Assembly (NCBI RefSeq): GCF_963921235.1
Contig: NC_086106.1
Span: 35,650,001 to 35,714,000, forward strand
From: Mobula hypostoma
Lineage: Eukaryota
Length of the DNA: 64,000 nt
Direction: 5' to 3'
Position numbers and translations under genes: made by a program
In this document: positions 49,350 through 62,999 of the stretch, piece after piece
Layout of the letters: each line of letters begins with the position of its first letter
Position numbering within the stretch: position 1 is the first letter of the stretch
The notes under the pieces: model-generated
The model's input: the letters and a program-made list of their open reading frames with translations, nothing else
Told to the model about the DNA's origin: nothing
Databases searched by the model: none

Positions 49350-50054
49350 TGTCACGTGTTCCCAGTTTCGTTTTCCTGGGTGTCCATAGTTTCATTTTTG
49401 TAGCCTTACCTTACGACGTATGCCGACGGTATAAAGGAAATCTGGTCATAGTGTTGAGGAGGAGTCGAAGGAAAGAGAAAGAGAGTGAGGATTGCAGACT
49501 TCGAGCTATCCGGGAACAGCTCACGATCGAGAAGGGTAAAGTCTAATGCTTACCCATACCCAAAGGATTGCGTTAATTAGCGGCACACTGTGCATTGTGG
49601 AGACGTGTCTGACCTTCGTATGATCCATGGGTGTGGATTTCGTGACAGTCACTTCGTGAAATCGCTCTTCGTGGACTTCGGAACAGTATTCCTCGGCTGG
49701 GATCTTCGGCAGCCTTTTCTTCGTTCGCTAGGCGTGGATTCTTTGGAATTCGTCGTGATCGCCTCTTCGCTGCACTGTGAATCCACAAGTGTCTCCTCTC
49801 ACCTATTTCGTGAATTGCTGGGACTCTCTGACTGCCACTTTAAGACTATGCTTGAGTAAGATTTATTAAGAACGGGTTCTACGTTTGACTGTAAGTGAGC
49901 TATTGACGCATAACATTGTTAACTTCTGTTTAAGAAAGTAGTTTATTTAATTTTCTATATTTTTGAGTAGATGAAATTAAATATAGTGATTTTAATATTA
50001 TAACCCGACTCAATTTGTCATCTCTTGCTGCTGGTACGTTACGAAATCGTAACA
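49350..50054 (+). mobile_element. Solo LTR (705 bp)
   Basis: TGTCACG...CGTAACA termini, perfect 4-bp TSD GCAT, TATAAA at ~49430, empty site in unit C (~37778). Confidence 0.9.
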
Positions 50055-50965
50055 GCATATATAATATTTACATGTTAAATTATGAGCATTATAAATTCCA
50101 AGTCATACACGCCGAAACTACACATTGAACGAATATTTTGCACTGTTCTATACGACGTTCCCAATTTCCGATGTTTTAGTTCTCTGTGCAGCTATCGGTA
50201 TCATGTTTCCCAAAGAATATACCGAACATTTCAGAGCCCTCCCACACCTGCATTCCCCATGCTGCTCGATCAAATAGCTTGATGAGCTGCAGAATGTTTA
50301 CCTCGTAACAACAAATACTGTCGCTACTAGACGAACCTTAAGCTCCACCGAGCTATTCGATTGAACGGCAGAAGTGATTTTCAGTCTACCGCATCACTTG
50401 TTCCCTACTGTGCGGAAAAGCCTTTTTTTTTACATTTGTTCGTCTATCGAATTTGTTAATCTGCGCTTAATGCCTCTTTCCTATTTTTCTTCAGTTTTCA
50501 GTTTATATTTGCAACATTAGGACGTAGATGGAACTAAAATCTAAAAGGCACCCGATTACGAGTTTCGATATCGATCTAAACTGATATTTACATTTACATG
50601 GTTAACCGTACCATTTGGTGCTACAGATCCCGTAATTCGTAAAGCCACAGCAGTCTGCTTTGCTTAGTTGTTACTTTAATCTAATCTCGTTCACACTACC
50701 GTTAAATTCGAATAGTAGTAGCTTTCAATAATTGACAATGAAACGAACAGATCTATTCTTAAATACTGATCAAATGAATATCAGATTTTATCAATTTATT
50801 TCGTATGGATACATGATGTATTGTGCAGCACCCAGTGTGAGAAACAATGAACTAGATTAAACGGAATGTTACAAATGCCGAGACGTTGAGAATTAACTTT
50901 CAGATTGATGAAACAAAAAGACACAGGATAGAAACTTTGAAGGATTTTCGCCACTGAATACAATT

Positions 50966-51876
50966 TCAGTAATCTATTAATTTCCAGATTAATCGGAAAG
51001 GATATTTTGTCGCATCTTTTAACTCCTCTCTGAATTTCCTCTGAGTGCCTGCATAGATGCACGTGTTAGTGCAACAGCTCCAAAGCTGAAGCATATATCC
51101 ACTTTCCTGCAGTATGAATCTAGGGTCGTTAAAATCTGATCCTGCAAAATAGCTACTGCTTGCAAATCGCACATACAACAGATTTATAACATAAGTCAGC
51201 CACAAAAGGATAAAAGTCCCCGAAATGGACAACAATAAAACGATGGACTTCCTCCGGTTCTCTATTTCTGGGTCACTCTGTTCGGTTCCTTTGTTACGCA
51301 CTTGTAACCTCCTCCGGGCTCTGTTGGCCGCTAGGATATGCCTGACTGTGAGACCGTTGAGCAGCAGGATCAGAACGAAGGGCACACATGGGGTTAATGT
51401 TCGATCCAGCCAGTCAAACGCTGCCCAGCCAACAGAAGTGTAAAACACGGATCTTATGCTGCAAAACCAGGGCACACCATTTAATACATACAATGGTTCA
51501 TACATGAAGTAACAGGGAACGTTCCTAACCAAACTAAAGACACAGACGGTAACGATCACCACAACCGATGTTTTCTCGTTGCAGTATTTGCTTTTCAGTT
51601 TTGCGCAACAAATGACTATGTATCGATCTAACGTGAAAGCGACAGTCAACCAGACGGAGCTGTCCCTGGCTGCATAGGTTATGATGGCAGTAACACTACA
51701 ACCGGTAGTATGGGTCAGAAAACTTAGCGGGAAGTAAATACCACGAATGCGATTTAATATCACCGCCGTGATCACGACCAGCAGATCCGCCACTGCCATG
51801 GACACCAGATACCGAGTAATGCATCTGGACAGACTGCACCTTCCTCGGGAAAGAATCACAATCGCCACTAAATTAG
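50966..51876 (-). CDS. GPCR gene D, coding exon 2 (GPR139/GPR142-like; 326 aa spliced)
   Basis: Acceptor tcttctctgccttgcag|CT; AVADL, SVWLT, LDRY, NTCIY; open frame. Confidence 0.92.
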
Positions 51877-52457
51877 CTGCAAGGCAGAGAAGACACAGTT
51901 AGTACAGTGATAATACAGCAGGCACGACGTTGATTGGGGCTGACTGTGGATGCTACGTTCTAGCTGTCCACGCAAGCCATTGCGCAAGAAATGGCATAAT
52001 AATATGGAGAGCATCTGTTTTTCGTACAGCAGGTTCGCCGCTTCGCGCAGCGGATGAATCCAAAGGTAGCGGAGGTCTGAGATCACAGGTTTCCTTCTGG
52101 TAGATGAGCAGCCAAATATGGCTAACATGCCCCACCTGCCCGAAATCATTGGTCTTAAGGCGCCAATAATGCGCCACTTCCCCTGCTCCTGTCCTTAGAA
52201 ACGGTTCCGCCGAGTTTAGTAGCTAAGTACACATCAAAGACAGGAGCTTAACTTGGTTGCCAGAGGCTTTTGGACACGCACATTTTTGGGAGCATTTAAT
52301 AGGTAGTGGGAGCTTAACGCAGGACATCACGGCTCTGACACCCCAAGGAAATCACAAAACCTCCGTGATTATACATGCAGATGAAACTCGTACAATTGAT
52401 ACATCCCGTAAACCATGAATGAATAATTTTAAACCCTTGGATAAATCAGTATCTTAC

Positions 52458-52527
52458 CCGGAACCGCAAACGCAGCGAAGAGAGGATAGTATATTGCAAA
52501 TACAGGTCCGGTGACAGGGTTGTGCAT
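52458..52527 (-). CDS. GPCR gene D, coding exon 1 (MHNPVTGPVFAIYYPLFAAFAVP, phase 1)
   Basis: 70 nt, ATG at 52527, donor CCGG|gtaaga. TATAAAT on the minus strand at ~52598-52604. Confidence 0.9.
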
Positions 52528-53037
52528 TTCAAGAGATGCGCAAGGGACGAGGAGCCCAGTCCTAGCTGATCTGGCTGACGCCCAGAGGATCCGCAGTATT
52601 TATATATTAACTTCACTGAGACAAGTGATCGTCACAATGAGCTAATGAAACAAATTAACGCAGTACTTTCGACCGTCATCGGACATTGTCAGAGCGGTCG
52701 AAATCATGAGGAACCTCTGTGTACAGGATTTATGGCTATATTCCAGGGAAGATATACCACATGTTTCACAGGTCGCGATGGTATCAGCTTCTGGCAGGGG
52801 AATATTCACAAGGAGGCAGCATTATTCTAGAACTTCTTTCAGGTTGTTTCTCGAAAACGTTCAATATTGAATAAAGTCAGTAGGTGTGTTTACTTTCATT
52901 CTTCAGGGCGAAGGTAGTCGGACTAGTGTCAATCTTCTATCCGGCACTATTCGTCTATGTCCAAATTGGGAAATATGACACCGACTCATTTTAAATCAGT
53001 GAGAAACATCAGAAAATCGTCAGATGCTGGAATTCCA

Positions 53038-53243
53038 AGCAACACACAGAAAATTTTGGAGGTAACACAGCAGGGCAGGCAGCATCGAAGGAAAAGGGTA
53101 ATCAGTTGACGTTTCGGGCCGAGACCTTTCATTAGGATTCCAGTCGTGATGAAGGGTCTCGGCCTGAAACGTCGATTCTTTATTTTTTTTCCATAGATGC
53201 TGCCTGGCCTGTTCAATTCTTCCAGCATTTTGTGTGTGTTGCT
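53038..53243. mobile_element. Palindromic Penelope-pLTR-derived element (paralog of 41499-41705)
   Basis: Inverted arms of about 100 bp around ~53140, each with a mutated hammerhead core (GTGATGA on +, CTAATGA on -) followed by ggtctcggcc-GAAACGTC. Confidence 0.8.
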
Positions 53244-54122
53244 GAATTCAATGCAGACTATATTTAAAGAGAAGCAAATAACTTTTTTTTCTTGTAAAGA
53301 TATGGTCTGGCACTGCTCAGCGACTGAAACGTAACATCAAATATTTGTACATCTTTTAGTTTTGCACACCAAACATAAAATGCATACTTGACAACTTATC
53401 AATGCACAATCGAGTTCATCCGCCAATACTCCGACATTTGACGAACCCCTAAAGGACATCGGTGTTGTGGGCCTAATGCCCCATCTCCTTGCTTTATGTC
53501 AGTTGCAGAAGAACCTATGTTATACTAAAGACAAATTCTCCTACCGCCGAAATAAGTCACATCTGACTTCCAGAAGGAATGTAAGAGTGACAGCCCTTGA
53601 TCAGAATACAGTTATTGTCTGAGAATGGCATCAAGCGGCCCAGTCCACGAGAAGCCAAAGAGAATCAAGAGGGAGAGTGCTGCGTCAATAGCGGTATCTT
53701 ACCCTGGAACATGATTATGGTTATTGTTATCATTATCTACGCGTCAGGGCATTGCAGTAAGAATTTGTGGTGTCAGTAGGAATCCCTCGCTCAACCATCC
53801 AGCTCCCGTCTAATACCATTACAACTCACCGTGACCAAATTCAGAACTCAGATCTCTCCTTTTCATTAACTATTTTAAAATAGGCAGAACTACCGTCACC
53901 GGCTTCACACTGCTCCCCTACTGTAAATCTAATCACTTGCCCTTCCTTATTTCCAAGTAGTAGATAAATTTTGGTTGCCTCACAGTTAGGACCCTTTGTA
54001 TACTGCCTGAAATAATGAATGGATTTATTTAATTCTTACATGCATCCGACAATATGAAGGAGTAAAAAATCTCTACGTTATCACTCCATTGTGATGTACA
54101 GACACGCGTATTTGTAAGTCTA

Positions 54123-54720
54123 TGGATATGTGTTAACTAGGGGGCCATACACCATCCTGATTTGATGAAAACAGCCGTGGGAAGCATGGAGGAACACCTG
54201 GAGAAACTTCTGAAAAGCCCGCTTCGCTGCCGTTGCTACCGTGCGATCGAGAATCTCCGGAAGGAAAGGCCCCAAATCCTTGGCTTTGCCTATTGCCTGT
54301 TGCCGGGGCCGGAGTCGAAGTGCTCGGCAGAGATGGTGCTCGGTACTCGGTGCTCAGTGTCGGAGAGCTGGTCGGAGGCTCGGAGTTTTTGGACGGACTT
54401 GGAGTCGGACTGTTGTCGGATGCCTCCAGGATGCTGCATCGGCAAGTTTGCGGCCCTGGAGGTTCACCGTCTGCTTGAGATGATGGGAATTTCGAGAGAC
54501 TTTGAGACTTTTACTGTTCCCATGGTCTGTTCTTAACAAATTACAGTATTGCTTTGCACTGTTGTAACTATATGTTATAATTCTGTGGTTTTTGTCAGTT
54601 TTTCAGTCGGTTTGTCATGTGTTTCTGTGATATTCTGGGAAAACATTGTATCATTCCTTAATGCGTGCATTACTAAATAACAATAAAAGAGGACTGCGTG
54701 TTCTCATAATCTAATCTAAT
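54123..54720 (+). mobile_element. (AATCT)n-tailed non-autonomous retroelement, third copy
   Basis: Similar to 48358-49005. Tail aatctaatctaat. Absent from unit C at this site. Confidence 0.85.
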
Positions 54721-55655
54721 AGCTTGTAGAATCCATTGGCCAGACAGAAGCAGCTGAAGCAGTTTGGGTTGTGCTGACTGGTGTCACCAATGGTCTGCTA
54801 GGTCTCGTTAATGCACCTGCTGCTGCAACTGCCCTTAATGGAGGAATTGCGCGTCCACAAATGCGCTGGGCTATCCTTACCACACTCTGCCGTGCCCTAC
54901 GATCAAGTTTGTTTCTGTTCCTGTCCCAGTCTGTGATACAGCTAGTCAGGATGGTCTCAATGGTACCTCAGTAGAGGCTCATGATGATTTGGCGGCTCAT
55001 GATGAAGGAAATTTTTGTTAACACACTAAATAAATTCCACTCCATCTGGACGTTTATCACAATGGTAATCCCAGTCAATCTTAGCAATTTAAAATCTGCT
55101 GTTATAACAACTCTACTATTCTTACAATTCTCTCTCATCTCTCTGCACATATAATACTCTCACTCATGAGGACTGTGCTGATCATCGGTACAATCCAAAT
55201 GAAGTGATCATCCCCTTCTTATTGCGCAGATCTAGCCTCGCCAGAGGATCTTCCAATAATATCATCTCCGACTAATGGCATGACATTGCCCTTAATCAAA
55301 TTTTTTCTTAAAAAATCCTCCCTCCATTCCCCACAGTTCTCTATCTCTTTTAGCACCTGTATCCTGTAACATTAATCTATCTCTCCGACCCTTCCCTTAT
55401 CCATGTAGTTATCCATATCCAAAATTAACTGACCTTATACATATAAAAATGGGTTAGGCCGCTTGATTAGGAAGTTTACTCATGGCACAAAACTAGAGAA
55501 GTAGTGGATTATGAAGGGGATTGTGAAAGAATACAGCATTATATACTGTGGATCAGTTGTAAATATGGGTAGAAAAATAGCAGGTTGAGTTGACTGCGGA
55601 AAAATATGAGTTGCTGCACCTTCGTAAGTCATACATCAATAGAAATAGCAGGATC

Positions 55656-56185
55656 AGACACAGAGATACCACGGATATTTTGAGGAATTATGCATTTGTT
55701 ACATTGATGGCTAGGAGGGCCATTTTGTTGAAGTGGAAGGATACATCGGCCCCCACTTTGTCACAATGGTTCTCTCAAGTGATGCTATGTCTTAGTTTGG
55801 AGAAAATTAGAAGTCAAGCCTTTGAACCTATGTTTGATTTTGAGAAAAGATGGGGTTCATTTGCTCGTTATTATCATTTGAGTTAATTGATAGATTTCCT
55901 CCACGATCTAATTGTAAATTTTTGGTACACTTTTTTTTGTTGCTGGCTGTTTGATGTTTATCTTTAGAAGCTTTCTGTATAACGCATGGTTCCGGTGTTG
56001 AACACTTAATGGGGTTTTTCCCACCTTTTCTTGCTTAGTAGGGTTTTATATCACCAAATTTTTTTCAATCTTTGAAATTAAGTTTTTTTTTTCTTGAGAC
56101 ATTGTAAGTGTTGCTTACTTCGATGTACTGTGTTAATTTTGGATAATAATAATAATAATAATAATAAAAGATTTGAAAAGGAAAT
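55656..56185 (+). mobile_element. L1/Tx1-clade LINE 3' fragment
   Basis: ARRAILLKWK...W..LEKI...F.KRW C-terminal motif, T-rich 3' UTR, (AAT)n, AATAAA. 13-bp TSD AAATAGCAGGATC (55643-55655 and 56186-56198). Confidence 0.85.
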
Positions 56186-57069
56186 AAATAGCAGGATCCT
56201 TATGAGCAATGGAATACAGATGGATCATGGGGTACGTCAATTGCTTCCTGTGTAAATTTCGCAGTAAAAGACTGATGTAGCATTCTTGACTTCATTGGTT
56301 GGGGCATTGAGAACAAAAGTTGAGAAGACATACAGCTAGCTGTGTGAACCAATGGTTAGGTCATTTCTGGGGCATGGTGTGCAGTTCGAGATGCTGCATT
56401 ACAGGAATGATATGGAGTGATTAAAGGTTTGGCAGAAGAGGTTCACAATGATATTGCTTAAACTGGAATGTATTTGATACAAGGATCTGATATACAACCT
56501 TTGCTTGTTATCCAACAAAGGGGCGAAGGAAAGACATGATAGAATTTATCGATGCCACTCAAGATTTGATGAAACTCTAAGGTAATCTGTCAGCTCATTT
56601 ATTTTAGAGGGGGAAAAACAGCCGCTGCTTACCTAGCCTTTTCTTAAAAATCAAGTCTTCCAGTTCTGGAAGCAGCATTGTGAGTCTTTTCTGCTATTTA
56701 ATCTATAGTTTCATCACAGATTTATTAGATATGCCACGTTAATTCTCCTCCATATCACTCAAATACAGTGAATGTCAATTAGCAGGAGACTAATTCCAAG
56801 CGCATAGCTCTGGTCACACACTTTCACATTGAAAAGCGTCCACTTGTACCCGCTGACTCCTATCACTAAGATAAATGTGCATCTATTTGGCCTGATCACC
56901 TAGAATCCCATGTGACCTACCTGACCACCTTACCACGCTTGTATTTGTCAAGAGGCTCGCTAAAGCCCATGCCAATATTCATGGTCGTACCTACAATAAT
57001 CTCAATGAAATTTCCAGACGGGCATAGTCAGCTTGTATATAATTTCTGGGATTGCAGTGTCTAATACCA

Positions 57070-58745
57070 GACCATAGACATTCCAGCTGAAAGAAGTTAA
57101 GTGAAAACCAGATGCCAGATTCCAGATATATGCCAGTGTGCCAGATATTGAAGGGTGTGAGGAAAGAGAAGTGGGTTCAGTTACGAATAGATGGAAGAAG
57201 GTGCTCAAAAAGGTGAAATACCTAAGGGTACCTAAGGCTTCCGGACCCGATGAACTGCACCCTAGTTTTCGGAAGAAGGTAGTTTTAGATATTGTGGAGG
57301 CATTAGGAATGATCGTTCAAAAATCATTTGACTCTACCAAAGTGCCAGAGGACTGGCAAATTGCAATTGTCACTCGACTATTTAAGAAAGGAGGAAGGCA
57401 GCAGAACCGAAACAGGATCAAGTACTTGGTGAAACAGAACAAGATTGGACAAAGTCAGTATGGTTTTCCTTCAGGGACAGTCTTGAATGACGAATCTGTT
57501 GGAATTCTTTCAGGAGATTACAAGTAGGATCGATGAATGGGATGCATTGAATATTGTATATTTGGACTTTCAGAAGGCCTTGGACAAGGTGCCACACATG
57601 AGTCTGCTTACCAAGTGACGAGCACATGGTATTATAGGAACGCTAATGGCATGGTTAGAGCATTGTCTGACTGGTAAGAGGCAAGTCGTGGGAAAAAAAT
57701 GGATCCTATTCTGGTTGGCTGCCAGTTACCAGTGGTGTTCCGCAGGGGTCGGTGTTAGGTTCACTTCTTTTTATGTTTTATATCAATGATATAGATGATG
57801 GAAATATGTTTTTGCCAAGTTTGCAGATCTTATAAAGATTAGTGGAGGGGCAGGTGGTGTTGAGGAAACATGTAGACTGCAGAAAGGCTTAGACAGTTAA
57901 GGAGAATGGGCAAGAAAGTGGCAAATGAAATATAATGTTGGAAAATGTAAGGTTGTGCACTCTGGTAGTCGAAATACATGTGCAGACTATTTTCTAAATG
58001 GGGGGAAAATCCAAAATTCCGAGATGCAAAGGGACCTTGTCGTCCTTGCGCAGACTATTCTAAAAGTTGACTTCTAGGTCGAGTTGATGGTGAGGAAGGC
58101 AAATGCAATGTTAGCATCCACTTGAAGAGGTTTAGAACATAAGAGCAGGGATATGATGCCAAGGCTTTATAAGTCACCGGTAAGGCCTCACCTTGAGTGC
58201 TACTCTGGGCACCTAAGAAAAGACCGGCTGATGTTAGAAAGGCTTCAGAGGAGATTCACAAGGATGATTCTGGGAATGAAAGAATTATCATATGAGAAGC
58301 ATTTGATAGCTCTGGGTCTGTACTTTCTGGACTTTAGAAGGATCGGGGGGTGGATCTTACTAAAACCTTTCCAATGTTGAAAGGCCTGGACAGGGAAGAC
58401 GTGGAAAGGCTATATCCAATGGTGGGGGGAGGGACGGGATAAGTCTAGGACAACAGGGCACGGACTCAGGATAGAGGGAAATCTATTTAAAACAGAAATT
58501 TCTTTAGTCAGAGGGTGGTGATTTTGTCGAGTTCTTAACTACAAGGAACTGTGGAAGCCAGGTCGTTGGGTATATTTAAGACAATGCTTTCTAGGTTCTT
58601 GATTGGATACGGTATCAAAAGATACGGGGAGAAGACCGGGGAGTGGGACTGAAAAGGGGAAGTAAAAGGATCTGTCATGTTTGAATGGCGCAGCAGACTT
58701 GAAGGGCAGAATGGCCTAATCCTACTCCTGTGTTTTATGGTTTCA
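57070..58745 (+). mobile_element. Decayed CR1 ORF2/3' fragment
   Basis: ASGPDELHP, VPEDWQIA, VRPHLEC and QRRFTRM motifs. Confidence 0.85.
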
Positions 58746-59449
58746 TAGAGATGTGCAGGGCAAGTTTATATTTCATACAGTGTATGGTGGTACCTGAAGT
58801 ATGCTGCAACGAATAGCAGCAAAGGCAAATATGATAGAAAATTCAGAGAGGCTTTGAGACGGGCACAAGAATGAGCAGAGAATATGGTTATTTGCGCATT
58901 GTGTAGGCAGAAGGAATTCGTTTCGTTCGATATCGAAAGACTAATTAGCTTGGCTGAAGGGTACTGTCCAATTCGATGCTATATTTATAGGTACTGAAAT
59001 GGATTCAAGTCTGATCCTCAACGGAGCTAACATTAACTTCATCTACTTTCTTCATTTATATTAACTCTAAAAGCTTTTATTGGCTGTCTCTGTGTTAGTT
59101 ATGACTTTACATTGACAGAATTATCTCCTTAAGAGTTGAGAAATAGAAGATTTGATCATGCTTTTCAAGATGCTTACAATGTGATAATCTGACGACTATT
59201 ACTGTTTGTAACATTGCATGCTATTACTTTTAATTTCATTCTATCCATCACTTCCTGTATTAGGCACATTGAATGCATCCTTCTCTAATCATTTCTTTCT
59301 CATTGGAATGCCACTGTTGATATTTTACAGAATATCTACTAAAACGTTTTGTACTAAAATTATATAATATTTTGTTCTTTAATATACTTTGACTTTAGCC
59401 AGCTCTTGGTTCCTTAAGGTTGTTATTGCTGGTTGGTGGGGAGGGGGAC

Positions 59450-59940
59450 GTTGATGGAGCGGCTAAGCCCCCACTTTCTTTCCAGTATTCCCAGTGCTGT
59501 GTACAAAACATTTGTACTGACAGGAGAAGAAAGAAAAGGTATTCAGTAGTACTTTAAAACCAGTCACTTTGGGCAGATGGGGCTTGTCAGCCTTGGTTGG
59601 CGGCTTATCGAGGAGAAGGAAAACTCTAATTTCAAGCCTCTGCTTTCTTACGGGTACAGCCTCTTATGGGGAAGCCTTCTGAAGTAAACCTAGTAAACCC
59701 GAGGAAAAATGCCAAAGCTGGACTTCCCAAGGCAGTCTTACAGTGAGAAAACTTCGGCTGCCAACTCCTGCGATGTCGCTGATGCCAAACTGTATCGGTC
59801 TTTGCCGTTCCTTTAGATTCATCAGCTGCTGCATGGGCTACCATTTGCTCTGCATATCGTACTTCCTGGCGTGCGTATGCAACATGAACAGCTAGGATCC
59901 AAAATCCATGGTCGACACCCGACCAGCAGAGGGCCTGTAG
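59450..59940 (+). mobile_element. RTE-like 5' UTR-derived repeat (truncated paralog at 47370-47654)
   Basis: GGAGAAGGAAAACTCTAATTTCAA motif, recalled from RTE-family 5' regions, preceded by an imperfect hairpin (59575-59609). Confidence 0.45.
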
Positions 59941-60299
59941 CTAACTCCATACTCATACCTTTACTTAAATTTAAGATATTGATTTCAAACCCTGTTTTCT
60001 AATCTTTAAACTGAGTTTGAAACTCTACCATGCTATGAACTAATGATGAGCCTTTCCCCCGGGACTTATATTATGAGATCATTTGTTAATCATATCTTAT
60101 TACACAATAACATTTTCAAATTACCCTGCTCCCCATGGGTTTCTCAATGTACTGTACTAAACGCACAATATTACGAATCCCAGATAAGATGTTTTATTTT
60201 ATGTGATGATTAAAATCGCTTATTATTCGATTACCTTTCCTTTTTGCTGTGAATATGTTTGAGTCTTACTCTGTTCCGCCACGTATGCTAACACTTCCA

Positions 60300-62330
60300 T
60301 TGTGAGCAGTCACTGTCTGTAAGCAGATGTGAGAAAGAATCTGCAGAAGGTTAACCCTCTTAAGATGAGTGGACCATACAACAGCCCAGGGTAAGTGCTC
60401 AGGGTGTGTGTAAGGCTGCTTACTGACGACTTCCAACCATTTACAACATTTCACCTGTCCAGGTTCCAGTTACCACACGCTTCAAACCTGCCTCCATCAT
60501 CACTGTACCCAAGAACGCTACATGTTCAAACCTAAATGACTACCACCCAAATGGTACTGATGCCGATCATCATAAGCTGCTTCGAATGGCTAATGCTTTC
60601 ACAATTCAAGAACTCCATTGATAGAAACAGAGAAACATAGAAATCTACAGCAATATCAGGCCCTTCGGCCCACATTGTCGTGCCGACCAGGTAACCTAAT
60701 GTAGAAACTGCCTAGAATTTCCCTACCACATAGCCCTCTCATTTTCTAAGCTCCATGTACCTATCTAAGAGTATCTTAAACATCTCTATTCTATACGCCT
60801 CTTCCACATTCACTGGCAGTGAATTCCACGCTCCCACCACTCTCTGTGTGAAAAAATAGCTCCGACACCTCCCTTCTACCTACTTCCAATCACCTTAAAT
60901 CTATGATCACTTTTGTTAGCCATTTCAGCTCTGGGGAAATGCTTCTTGTTATCCACACGATCAATGCTCTCATCATCTTACATACCTCAATCAGATCACC
61001 TCTGATTCTCCGTCGCTCCAAAGACAGAAGGCCAAGTTTACTCAACCTATTCTCAGAAGGCAATCTCTCCAATCCGGACAACATGATTGTAAATCTCCTC
61101 TGCATTCGCAGCATTCTATCCACATCCTTCCAGTAATGAGGTGACTAGAGCTGAACACAAGACTCCAAATGGGCTCTAACGAAGGTCTTATACAGCTGTA
61201 ACATTACCTCACGGTTCCTGAAAATTTGGGCTCTTACCAATATGCTCACCAACAAAACTGTTTTACGACAGATGCCATAGCATCTCCTTACCCTTGACAT
61301 ACCTAAAATACAAGAGCAATTGTGTCAGAATGTTATTTCTGGATTCCAGTTCAGCATTCAACACTATCGTCCGACATCTTTGTAAAAATGCTGCTACACT
61401 GCGGTATAAATCCACACTCTGCAACAGGAAGTTGGACTTCCTAACGAGAAGACCTCAGACAGTCAGGCTGCATAATCATTCCATCCTCTCTGTTAGCCTC
61501 AACATGCTGCACCCCCACCCCAGCACAGTGCGCTGAGCCCATCGGTGTGCACTCTGCTCAGACATGACTGCACGGCCTGAGCAATCTCATCGTCAAATTC
61601 ACCCATAACACGACAGTGGTGAGACACATCACCAACAATGATGAGACGGCCTACAAAGAGGAGGTGAAGGAGCTCCATCAAATAACCTCTTCTTTAATGT
61701 AAACAAGACAAAGGAGATAGCTGTCATGTTCAGGAGAAATCATATCATTCACACTCCCCTTTACATCGGCAGAAGCGTGTTGGAAATTGCAATCAGTTTC
61801 AACCTCCTGGGGGTGCATATCACGCATAACCTCTTGCTGTCCCAGAACACATCCTACTCAGTACGGAAAGCTCACCAACACCTCCACGTTCTGAGGAGAA
61901 TAAAGAGGGCGGCATTTTTCAGACCCATACTCACGTCATTTCACAGAGGAGTAGTAGGCATTCTAATTGGTTACATCACTGCTTGGTACGGAAACTGCAC
62001 TGCGACAGATAGGAGAGCTCTACAATGGGTAGTAAACACTGCCCAACGCATGACTCACACCAGCGTACCCACCATCAAGGACACGTGTACAGAAAAATGA
62101 GGGAAAATGGCTCGTAACATCATAATATATCCCATACTTCGTATTCATGGACGGTTTGTCTCACTCACGTCAGGGAGGAGGCTATGTAGTTTCCATGCCA
62201 GGACCATCAACCCACTAACTCGACCACTATTTTACTTATTTCCATCAATCACCTTATGTAAACCTTAGCATCACTTTATGGACATACAATTAATCCATGT
62301 ATTTATATTTATTGTATTTATTACGATTAT
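60300..62330 (+). mobile_element. Decayed Rex1/Babar LINE, with a CR1 3' fragment inserted on - strand (~60622-61222)
   Basis: VRMLFLDSSSAFNTIV, LLGVHIT, ITAWYGNC...RALQWVV motifs. The CR1 insert has a (CATAGAAA) tail at its left end. Confidence 0.8.
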
Positions 62331-62999
62331 TATTGTATTTGTACTTTTTCTGAACTTAACGCTAGTGAAACTTGAGGCACGGCAAATAGTGTTTCATATT
62401 GAGGCTTTCTGAAGATTTACATAACTATTGCGTGCAGGGCTAATTTTAACGCTATTTAATACTTTGGAGATGCCGATTGTAGATATTACTACTACCCTGT
62501 TCATGTTCCACACCCTTTCAACTTTCTCTTTTAATTCCGTGTATTTCTGGTATTTTTCATCTATCAATATCTGTTTGTTGTGTGTGTTTTGAATGGTTAT
62601 ATCTATTGTATTGTATTACAGTATATCTATGTATCTAAGATATTGGGGCTTTTTACGAGTTAGTATGTTAAACGTTTAAAGGTACAAAGGTCGAAATTAA
62701 TGTCAGAGAAATGTAAACAATATACATCCTGAAATGCTTTTTCTACGCAAACATCCACGAAAACAGATAAGTGCCTCAGAGAATGAACGACAGATGAATG
62801 TGTGAACCCCAAAGTCCCCCCCCCCTCAGTTCCCACCTCCCGCTCCTAAGCGGTAGCAAGCAACGATCCCCGACTCACCAAAGCAAGTTTTTTGTGAATG
62901 ATCTTTGCAACTTGATTGTGCCTGTGTAAACAATCAGATTGAGTTAAACTGCTGAAGTATCCACTACTTCAGGTAAATGGAGAAAATCAGGTAGGTGCT

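Larger units (their letters stand above)
47659..59725. repeat. Segmental duplication unit D
   Basis: Collinear with 33029-47654. Confidence 0.88.

Noticed and set aside
59560-59700. Possible HDV-like ribozyme in the RTE-like 5' region
   Set aside because: Only a simple imperfect hairpin is visible; the nested double pseudoknot could not be built by eye.
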